This document shows positions 1 through 10,679 of a stretch of 64,000 nucleotides of DNA, piece after piece. Within the stretch, counting starts at the first letter, position 1. Each line of letters opens with the position of its first letter. Under the pieces are notes generated by a model that was not told where the DNA came from, did not search any database, and saw only the letters and a program-made list of their open reading frames with translations. This DNA is from Gonapodya sp. JEL0774 (lineage: Eukaryota), in contig JADIIX010000043.1 in the NCBI GenBank assembly GCA_027604505.1, positions 1 to 64,000 on the forward strand, written 5' to 3'. Both the position numbers and the translations under genes were made by a program.

Positions 1-613
1 TGGCTCACTTGCAGCAAAGGAAGAAAGCTGGATTGATGTCCCTCTATCAAATATCTGTGACGTCTCTAGCAAGTATTACTCTGCTACTTGGTGCTTAAAG
101 AAGTTTCGGGAGGGAGTGGGAAGTTTTGGAGGGGTGGTGAAGGAGGTGGGGAAGAAAAAAGAAGGAGGAAAGGGTGGAAGATGGTTTGAAAATTCAAAAA
201 AAAAAAACAAATCAAGTACCAGCGGTGCGCAGTTTTCTGTCAAGGGAAGTCTGCATATCCTCCGTTGGTCCTAGTAGTCATACAATTTTTGTACGTCTAA
301 TGGTGTGGACTACATGTAATACAGCCCGCTTCCCAAGTCCGCCTAGGTCCCCATCCCCCACGCACAGCTCAGCTCTCCAAAAGTCATCAACAATTCCGAC
401 GTCATACGAATGCCCGGAGGACACTTCGTGCCGCTGGTGGTTCATCGCACGACCACATCAAGTTACCCCACACGTTCTCACCGCGCATGTCGCATTGTCC
501 GTCACCTGTACCCTGCCCGTGCTCAATGCTTGTCCACCCTCGCCTCGGGCGGCGTGCTCGCGTTCGGGACCTCCCTCCTTCCCCTATTCCCCCCGTGAGC
601 GTGTTCCCCGTCC

Positions 614-1576
614 TCACTTCCCCAACTCCTCGGGTCCGAAACTCTCCCTCAGTAGTTCATCTTTCAGCCACATCCTCTTCGTCTCGTCCACGGTGGCCTT
701 CCTTCCCTTGGCGAGGACCACGAGAACGTCCGAGTCATGGGTAGGGGTGGTGGTGGGACGCCCACGGGGGCTGAATTCGCGGAGGATTTGGCGGCAGATG
801 CCACACGGGCTGGTGAATGTTGGGGCGTCGCTGGGGGTGGGCGGGTTTGGGTGGCGGGGGCATTGGCAGTGAAAGTGAGGGACGTGGGCGGAGGGATGCG
901 GAAGGGAGATTGAACACGTACGATGATACTGCGACTGCGAGGATAGTACGGACACCATCACTCTTTGTGGAGGAGAAGAGGATGGAGGGTCAAATGAGGT
1001 CATTGGGTGAGAGAATGGGATTGGAAAGTTTCCACGAACAAGTCTCGAGGTGTGTGGTAAGTCCACCCAGAACCGACGGGGCCCTTGTCGAGATTCATCC
1101 GCCATTCATCGCTCCAAGCAGAAACTTGTTCTTTCTTTTACTTCTTTTCCTTTTTTTTTTTTATCCGTCTCCCGTTTCGGTTCGCTAAGTCACAGCAATG
1201 GCAGATACCCACGACCGCCTTGACTACAGCCGTTTGCTCCGCGCAGATTGTGGCGCCGTAGGAAGCATTTTCGACGTTGCAGCCTTTTTTATTTTTCCAG
1301 AAAGGATTTGGGTACATGGCAGTATGAATGGATGAATGGAGTTCAGCAGGGTGACAACTAAGAGACGACAAGCACAGGAACAGAGACATGGGCGATCTCA
1401 CCTGTGTAGACACGTCCGTCATCTGTGAGCACAGCCGCTCCGACTTGGAAGTTTGAGTATGCTGCGTAGGCGCGGGTTTTCGCATCAGCTGCGAGGAGGG
1501 CGAGGTCTCTTTCTTGATCTTGGGAGAATTCTGAGCCGGCGTCGGGTGGTTGTAGACGAGCTTGATGGAAGGACAT
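614..1576 (-). CDS. CDD1: Cytidine deaminase (homotetrameric CDA type), 4 exons
   Basis: Spliced translation MSFHQ..AYAAYSNFQVGAAVLT..YTG|CNVENASYGATICAEQTAVVKAV|SDGVRTILAVAVS|SDAPTFTSPCGICRQILREF..FGPEELGK. Contains the CAE and PCGxCRQ zinc motifs. GT-AG introns keep the frame. Confidence 0.95.
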
Positions 1577-1779
1577 TGGTGTTGATGGGGGAGGCCGATC
1601 AGTCCGTGGTGGCCTGTGCGCATACAACATACGCGGCACGCTCTGTGACCCTGCACCTCCGGCCAGTCCGCCCAATTCCCCAAGTTGCCACTGGCCGATT
1701 CCCCGTTCCCGATCCGCGATTCGACGCATCGCCCACCACACCGCACTTTCTCTCTCGCCGCTCACGCCACACGCCGTCG

Positions 1780-3114
1780 ATGCCGCAGAACTTTTCATTC
1801 AGCGACCTGATCGCTCTCGCTCGCGAAACCGCCCAACACCTCGACCCAAACGACGATCTCATCCGCATCCGCACGCTCAACGAGAAACTCAAACTCAACC
1901 AGTCCCTGCACGCCGCTGCTCTCAGCGATGCCAACGCTCTCATCCAAAGTGAGTTGAGCCTGGAATCGGTACCCGACTTGTGCCCCCCCCCCTCCCCTCC
2001 TCCCCCCCAACTCCCCCAGAGCAGAATGATGCCATGATGCTGAATCAGTTTTTATGTCGCACTCTTTTTCGTCTGCGAGAGTTGATGGGGACGGAGGCAG
2101 CAGACTGGCCAATATCCCAGTCGTACCCACCCACCACTCCACCACTTCTCCTTTCTCGTCCCTCATTGGTCTCTTTTTTTACCCCCATCCCACTAGAAAT
2201 CACCTCCCGCAAATCCCTCCTCCAATCAACCCTCCCCTCTCCTCCCTCCCCAACCGCCCACTCCTCCTCCCTTTCCGAGCTCCTCTCTACCTCAGAATCC
2301 CTCGCATCTTCCGTCGCCTCCCTCGAGGATGAGGTCGCTGCCCTCGACGCCCGTATGATCGCTCTCACAGACGAAATGAAAACCCTCGAGAAGGAACTCG
2401 CAGACGAGGAAGAGGCCGTGGTCGATCCAGGCATGTGCGTATGAGAACTCTCGGAGGGATCACGGTGGGGGGCGGAATGTGGAGGTCTTACCTGGGGGCG
2501 AGTCTGAAAGCAGTTGTCGTTGTGTGGAACCCCGACGTGGGGATGCGGACGGGAAGGGACTTGCGGCGTCACACAGTGGTAGGGCATCATTGGCGGTGTG
2601 GTGGTCACTCGCGGGCGGAGGCATGTTCATCATCTTCACTGGTTTGGGACCGAGGCGGTTGCGGTCACTTTCGAGGGAAGTATGAACGGGGGCCGATTCC
2701 ATCACTCCAAGCTGCGCCTGCCAGTGGGAGGATCTCCTACGAATTATATTTTCACCTCACGGTCTCAGCCGACTTTGTGGAACCCGTCCACGTTCATCCT
2801 CGGCCGCAACCCGCGCGTGATTCTGCCCGTGCCCGGTATCCGCCCCTCCCGCGCGTACACTACTGACACCCACTTCCCCTCACCCCCCCTCCCCCAGCAT
2901 CAAACTCCGCATCTACAAAGAACTCGGCTTCACCCTCTCCTCCTCCACCCCGCCTACCCCCTCCACCCCCCGCCCTCCCCTTGACCGCGCCACCGTCATC
3001 TCCCGTACCAGTCAGGGCCCCGACGTCAACTCGATCGACTTGTCAGAGGGGAGGAGCGAGTGGTACTATACGCAGGTCATGTGGGATTTGGCGGGAGGGT
3101 GGGGGGGGAGGTAG
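1780..3114 (+). CDS. SPC24: Probable kinetochore Ndc80-complex subunit Spc24, 3 exons
   Basis: Coiled-coil N-terminal half (LASSVASLEDEVAALDARMIALTDEMKTLEKEL). C-terminal exon IKLRIYKELGF..DVNSIDL..WYYTQVMWDL resembles the fungal Spc24 C-terminal domain (LKLYRSLG..LWD). Confidence 0.75.
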
Positions 3115-5289
3115 AGGGTTCCGTGAACCGGCACCATGGGGCAAGGAGCCTGGGCGGGGTGGGATGGGGAGAGTGTGTGGGGCTAACGAGAGAGATGTTG
3201 TGCCAATTGACAAGGCGGAAGAGTGGAGACTCAAAGTAGGCGGTACGAAGCTTGGCGTTGGACCCGAGTCCCGAAGGAGCGTGCGATAAGACGGGCCGGC
3301 AGAGTGCTCGTGTCAGGCGCACTTGGAATGGAGCTGACTGTTTTGTTTCACGGCAACATGCGCGTGGGTTTGAGTGGTGGAGTTGACGTTCCGACAACCA
3401 CGGCTCGGTGGCTCCCGAGGCGATTGGGGGAAACGAGGGACGAACGCGGTCCGCACGGGTATCCCTCTGAAAACAATTGCAATTTCATTTTTTTCAATAC
3501 ACTTATGCGTGCTTCGCATTGTTTCTTGCTCGTCCTTTCTGTTCTTTGTGTGGTGGTGGATGAGTATCGGGTGGTGGTCGGTGAGACACCGGAACAATCA
3601 TCCGAAGAAGACATTATTGAACATACACCAAGCCATCATGTCATACACACACCGCTCACCCAGCTTGTCTCATCGGCACAGTGGTTTACATATTTCGGGG
3701 TGTGCCCAATCTTCCTCACGCCTATTGACGGACCTGCCATACAACGTGCCTGGTCAACCGCCAACAACACCACCACATCTGCCGCCTCCGGTCGCTTGCC
3801 TCACCGTGCACCTTGATCAGGGTTTATCATCCTTCAAGTTCAAGATAGGAAGATGATGGTGCGGTGCGTTCGGCTGGGCGCTCTCCCCGTGCTGGTGCGT
3901 GGCACGTGTTTCCTGGAGACAAATAGTAGGATCGATTTTTGTGTACGAGTACCTGCACCTATAGCCGGCCCGCAAGAACTACAAACACGGCGAGGGGTGG
4001 GAGTCATGTTAGTGCGGTGAACATATCTCATACATTTTTCTGTATTTGAACTCTGCTCGTTAGGCATTTATCCTGGTTTTGTTCGCTCCACTGGTTGTAT
4101 ATTGAGTACAGAGTCGTGCATACTATGATCCTCGTCAGGCCGCGTCTCGGTAAATAAACGGGGCTTGCAATCTTTGCTTTGGCATGTGTGTGCGTGTTGC
4201 CCGCAATCTCGGCTTAGGGGAGACCGGGTCGCCGCACCCGGGTCGAGGTCCCATGGGTTCGTTTTCGAAATTTAAAGTGCGGTGTCTTGTTCGATGTGTT
4301 TGTGCTTTCCTGAAGGGGGTTTCTTTCTTGTCATAGAGGGTGGACTGGGAGATACTGAGGAAGATGGGGGGAGATGAGGGGGGCGCTGCTCAAAGGGAAA
4401 ACAAACAAACAATCAACTTCGTTGACGAGAGTTAATGCAAAAAGTAGCGCGTGCTTCAAACAGAGTAATTGTCCCTGTCCTTCTCCAAAACAAAAACTCT
4501 AAACTGGATATCGTCAATTTTGTTCATACACTCAGGTGCCTTGCATTGACGGGAGAACTGACAGTGGCACGGCCGCTTCCGAAGCGTTTGCTTGTCTTCC
4601 TGGGGACTTCGAATGAGAAAATATGTCGTCAGTAAGTGCATTGACGCGCAAATTATGAGTTGGTGGACACAACACATTATAGCAACGGTGGGAGACGGGT
4701 TCTGGTGCCTTTTTGGGAGTGTGAAGCCCACAAGAGCAAGCCAACGGGATCGAAAATGGATCTGGTGTGATTTATGAAAAGAAGCTGCGTAAATGTGCAG
4801 TATCGCTTGCATTGTACAACTTCCGTCGGTGAGTTTCCCTTTTATTTCATTTTCTCTTTTCTGTTCGGTGGATATACATGCCCCAAAGCCACACAAGCAG
4901 AACCCATCTCTTGGAGTTGAAAACAGTTCCCCCACCGTAAAATATCCAAATACAATGTTCTAGTGCATGTATATTTATGAGAATGCATGCTTTGATCAGT
5001 TGTTCATTCTGGTTATCCATGGCGGTGCGTGTCAGTGTCCGATACACATACACTGCACTCAGCGACGGAGTGACCACAAGGGACTGGACGAACTCACGTC
5101 CGGGGCAACAGGTCTCTGAAGCTATCCTCGTAACAACGAGTGTTGTTCGACTGCGTATTTTTCTTGTGCTATTTTTGGAGCATATTAATATTCGGCTGAA
5201 ATCTTAGGGACCAGCCTCAGACGGAGAAATTGCGGGTGGCTTCAAGGCGTGACCAGCTCGTGACCTCGCCTTCAAAAGGCTTCAAGCCA

Positions 5290-5297
5290 TATAAAAG
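5290..5297 (+). promoter_or_regulatory. TATA box upstream of the small gene at 5416
   Basis: TATAAAAG about 125 nt before the ATG, followed by a pyrimidine-rich leader. Confidence 0.5.
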
Positions 5298-5415
5298 CAG
5301 TCATATAAGACGACTCCCCACTCCCGTTGAAAACACCAAGCTTTCCTCGCTGGTTCTGGCCTTACCCAACGGCTCCATCTCTTCCTATCACTACACTTTC
5401 TCTCCAACATCTCCA

Positions 5416-5855
5416 ATGTCGAGCCCTACCCCGCTTCCTAGCTTCATGCGCTCCCTTGAGGTTCGCAAAAAGATCAACGCTATGGATGCTACTCCAGCTG
5501 GTGACGAGAAAAGGAAGATTTTGACCGAGTTTGCAGAGAACGGAGTTCAGAGCGGTACGTTCTTCACGTTCCCCCTCATCTCCTCGCATCTCTCATTTGC
5601 CACTTCACTACAGAAAACAAACTCCCGTTCTTGACCACTATCAATGCTGCCCACGAAGAGGGTCTTATCGATGACTCTGAATGGAGGGCCGTTTTCGATC
5701 CTCTCGCTGGTGAGCTCCCTGCTTGAGTCGGAAGACTCCTCCTCATTTTGAGCCCATGTACTCACACACGCATGCACCCTTTCGATTCTGCTTTCACAGC
5801 GTCGTTCCAGCAGAACCTCGCTACTGGTTCTGTTTGCGCTACCTCCCACTTGTGA
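5416..5855 (+). CDS. Small hypothetical protein (about 100 aa), 3 exons
   Basis: MSSPTPLPSFMRSLEVRKKINAMD..GVQS|ENKLPFLTTINAAHEEGLIDDSEWRAVFDPLA|ASFQQNLATGSVCATSHL*. Two phase-compatible GT-AG introns and an upstream TATA box. Confidence 0.65.
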
Positions 5856-7457
5856 GAACTTCGTAACCCACGCACGATAGAAGGGCACACCGCAACTATC
5901 ACGTACAGCACTGTCATATCTTCCCCTTCCCCACGCGCCGGGAGTGTTTTTATGTTCCCTGATTGATTGTTGTAGATGCCCGTTACCCCTGCAATTAAGA
6001 TCTTCTTTCTTTGTCTTTAACGTGTTGGTACAAATTTGTGATTGGAAAAATACAAGTTTCTTTATCAAAACGTCTCATTAATTTGTGTTGTTACGAAGGG
6101 ACGGTGCGTTGTGTGTTAGTTTTGCCAGCAAAATCTACCCATACATCACCGTATCAAAAGGTCATCCATGTATTCAATCTTCAAAGCATTGCTTGCACAA
6201 CTCCACTGCAACCGTTGTCTCTCGGTGCTCGTTCAACACATCTAAAATGGACAACAGACAGCTTCCGCGACTCAAGGTGCAGAGCAAGTTGTTGGGAGCT
6301 TAGAAGAACTTTATCAACACTTCCCGCTCATGAGATTTGCTTGAAGAATGCTCCAAATTATTGGTGACGGGATATGGGTGTCGGTATTCTTTCTTGCAGA
6401 ATCCAATCATGGTGAATCCATGTACCGAAATCCGTGCTGCACACTTCATACAAATGATTTTCGGCAGTTTTGCCCTTTTTGAAGGTGAACCATTCTACTT
6501 CGACAGCTGTGATGGGTTTATGCACTGAGTGGAAGACGGTAGATGTGATGAATCTGGAAGCGGCCATGACATTTTCGGATCTCGTCGGATCTCGAAATGT
6601 TTGCAATGTTTACAAGTTAATCTTCTGCGGTTAGACATGGATGAACCACTTTTATGTTTTGATACTAGTTCACCTGTTGCAAGCCATCTTCATCCGAACT
6701 CATGGCGCCCTCGCAAAACTTGCGGGATCCCAAATCCTCGAGTTTGTGAGCACCGATGCGGTCAAGACGGTTTCGGCTCCACGTGTCGCGTGAAATCATC
6801 ACTCCTGTATCTAACTGTATGTAAGTGAGGTTTTGAAAGGAGTGTATTACTTGAGTTGGGACTGTCCTGAGTTATAGAACCGCGAGTCAACCACGTCACG
6901 AAACGGACCTTTAGGATGGTGCCGGGCATTACGACGTCATTATATAGGATTAGTGTGAGCCGTCAACGACAACTGAGGTGGGATCCAACAATCATAAGAG
7001 GTGGATTAAATTTGCAATCTCTGTAAGATGTTCATATATACTCGCAAGCTTTTCGAAATGAGGAGAAAAGGGATCACCTCGTCCCTCGGGTCGGACCTGT
7101 GGGGAGGAACTGGGAAACAGTCGTCATCATGACCTCCAACACACAGAACAAGCAATGGCCTTTCGTGCTGCGCATACGGTATAACCAATATCTCCGCTTC
7201 TCACTGCCATGGAGTTCGCCTTCACTGACGTGGATTCGTGATTAGGATCTGTCCGCACGTCGTGGTTCCAAAGTGGTTTGAGGACGACCGCCAATTAGGG
7301 TGCAGGGATTTGTCGGGGCACAAAACTCTACAAAACCGCACCAACTCATTCCCTGAGTAGAGGGCTATAAAGAAGGTCGTCGCGACAGTCTGAGCCAATC
7401 GAGTTTCGGGACAGCACACATATCTTCTGGGTAATTGAATCGAATCCAGCAATTGAG

Positions 7458-10316
7458 ATGCAAGGATACGCGCTTTTCATCGCACTCACGGCCGCCATTG
7501 GTGAGTTGACGCAGTCCTTAGTTCTGAGTTTGATTTCACTGTCAAACCTGAGAAATCCTTCGGCGCGAATGGAATTCTAACCACCAATTCGGAAACTCCA
7601 TGGAAAAATAACGCATCAGGTGGCCTTCTCTTCGGCTATGAAGTCGGCATCATCAAGTGGGTCATTGATCTGACATTTGCGATTAACATTACAATCGCCT
7701 CATCTGTTTATGTTACCACATATTCACCAAATCAGCCAAGTTCTGCTCATGGACTCCTTCCGTCTCTACTTTGGCTTGTCTTCGCGTCAGGGGGATACTC
7801 TTGTGAACACCCCCGAGTCTCCAGATCTGGAGGGAAATATTGTTTCGCTCTTCCTAGCAGGCTGTATTCCTGGCGCTTTCCTGGTGTCTTACTCTTCCGG
7901 TGAGTTTTAGTCGCATCGCCGCGCACTTCGTGAATTTAATCCACATATATTGCTTAACCCCAAGAACTTCTCGGCCGCCGCATGTCTGTGGCTCTCGGCA
8001 CTGTCTGGTTTCTCATTGGTGCCATTCTTCAGTGTGCTGCTACTAGTATAGGCTTGCTCTACGCCGGGAGGATCGTCGGTGGCCTCGGCGTGGGCCTTCT
8101 TTCGGGAACTGGTGAGTGTAGCAGCACAAAGTATGCCCCACGAAACAGACAAATTTATTCTTTCGCAATAGTTCCCCTCTACATTTCAGAGTGCGCTCCA
8201 ACGAGCATTCGTGGTCGAAGTAAGTTTCGAGTGGTGTTTGAGATACTCCTGGATCAAACTAAGTATTCCGTCAATCAACAGTCGGGACAATGCAGCAGCT
8301 GATGATCACGATCGGAATCATGGTTGCAAACATCATGAACGCGATTCTGACAAGCGTAATCTCGAATGACAAGGACAGTCTTTGGCGAGTAGCATTCGGG
8401 ATTCAGGTGAGAAACGGAAACGAAACGCTCCCATTTCACCTTTGGATTCAAACGAAGTTTTCACCCTGTCGTCACCAGCTTATACCTGCAATCATTCTTC
8501 TTGGGTGCTTCTTTATTCTCCCTGAATCTCCTCGCTTTCTCATGTCTAAGGTACGATTGGCACGTACCCATCTGGCTTCGATGATGAAACTCACCACACG
8601 GCTCATTTTGAAAGGGGAAAATCGATCAGGCTATCACTATAATTGCGAGAGTTAATGGTGAACCCAAAGAGAGCGAGTTGGTACAGCAGGTGGTCACGGA
8701 AATACAGGAAAGCATTGCAATCGAGAAGAGGCTGCCGCAAGCAAGTTGGCTGGACATGATCAAGTAAGCGAAAATTGTGTTTGCGTATGCGAGTCCCTTT
8801 TCATCTTCTCCTGTCGCTTGCAGGATGCCTATTCGCCCTCGCAGCGTTGCCGCGTTTGGCGTATTCTTCTTTCAACAGTGGTCGGGTATAAATGTACGTT
8901 CAGATTGGTTGCTTTTCCTCCGGAGAGTTCAAACCTGAATTTGAATTTACTATTGCATGCTAGGCTGTGATGTACTATTCATCTTCTCTCTTCTTGGGTA
9001 TGGGACTTTCCAAGGACATGTGAGCTTCCACGCACGGTAGTCGTTGATCTAGGACAATGCTGATTTATAATTTCAGCGCTACGAAAGTCGCTACGACCGT
9101 GCAGTCTGTCATCAATGTACTCTCCACTTTTCCTGCCGTGTACTTGATCGAGAAGATCGGACGCAGAAGGTTGCTGTTCATTGGAGCTGTTGGCTGTGTG
9201 AGTTATTTTTCTTGCTTAAGAACTTGATTATGAGCGGCGGTCTAATGGAAGTCCTCAATTCTTTGATTCAACCATTGAGTAGAGCTTCTTCATGTGGAGT
9301 CTGGTTCTATGGGTCGGACTTTTCAACGGCACTCAGATACTCGATCCGGGCACAAAAACGTTGATTCCTAACCCGGATAATACGACCGGAAAGGCGTATA
9401 GTATTCTAGGTGTTCTTTCAATGTGTGAGTTCATTGTGCAGATGTTCAAGATGTTTCAAATCCCCCTTTTCCTTCCAAATTTGGGGCTTATTTATTCTCA
9501 CATTGCTTGACAACTTATTTAGACATGTACATCGTTTTCTTTGCCGCCACGTGGGGACCCGTTGGGGTGAGTGGAGACACGATTCTCGCTTTTGTTGCTT
9601 GCTGAAATACGTCATCCAACTCTTTCCTCATTCATTTCAGTGGGTCTATATCGCTGAGATCTTCCCTCTCCGTGCTCGGGGCAAGGGGGCCAGTGTGGGA
9701 TCTATGTCTCACTGGATGTAAGTTTATGTTTGTCCCTCATCATACATTGCAATGTGTCCAACTTTTCTCAATCTTATCGCAAACATCAGTTGGAACTTCG
9801 TCATTGCGAAGGTCTGGCCGTACGCCGCGTCCAGCCTCGGTGCCTGGCAGTACACCGTGTGAGTTTGAGTCGGGTTCGTTTATTTGAGAAGAAATTGACT
9901 CTCGTGCTGGGGAACAGTTTTGGTGGGAGCACACTTATTGCCCTCGGCTTCGTTTACATGGCCGTTCCCGAGAGTGAGTGATGGGACGTATTTCGATTCA
10001 GCGCACATAGTGATACATTTCTCCTTTTCTTGAAGCAATGGGTAAATCTCTCGAAGAAATGGATGAAGGTGAGCTTACGTTAACCGGCTTGCCAGTAGAC
10101 AACGCAAACTAAAATCTTCTCACTCAATTCTTAGTCTTCGGTGGTGCTCCAGGTTCCGGACTCACGGACGAAGAGAAGCGCATTCTCGCTGAGCTACGTG
10201 CTGACCCAACCCGGGCAAGTCTTCTTGAGACAGGCAAAACAGGGGTGAGTGCCACGTTTCCGCGACCCACCATGCATAGGCTGAGTTTAGATTTTATAAT
10301 TCCGCTTTAGCATTGA
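7458..10316 (+). CDS. MFS sugar porter (hexose/polyol:H+ symporter family), many short exons
   Basis: Motifs GGLLFGYE, GRIVGGLGVG, VPLYISECAPTSIRG, QLMITIGI, LPESPRFL, FFQQWSGIN, IEKIGRR, WGPVG/WVYIAEIFPLRARGKG and VPE..GKSLEEMDE. Confidence 0.95.
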
Positions 10317-10679
10317 TGACACTATCTCTTAACAAACGTCCACATTCCGAGCAGTCGTCCAATCGGTTCAAAGAGCAGTTCTCGCGTGATATCGAGTCTT
10401 TAAAGAGGTTTCTGTTAGTAGAAGGCCGTTAAGAGTGGTGCAGATAATGTCTTCATAATTGTATTCTTGCGAGAATGAAAGAAAGTGTTCCAACAATAGT
10501 CGGATGCAGAATGGCCGCCGGCCCCACTGGCGCCGATCGTGACACTCGTTTCCCGGAACACGAAGACCGATCCTAGGTGAGATTTGGCTCGCGCACTAAT
10601 ATGAAGCACCCATTTGAACTATTCTTCTCCAATATCTCGGCCATTCTCTAGTGAACCGGTTGTAAGGAACTAAAACACA

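Noticed and set aside
3223..5207. Several 70-200 aa ORFs and splice-like signals in the Spc24 to small-gene interval
   Set aside because: No recognisable motifs, and trial splicing hit stop codons. A degenerate gene or lncRNA cannot be excluded.
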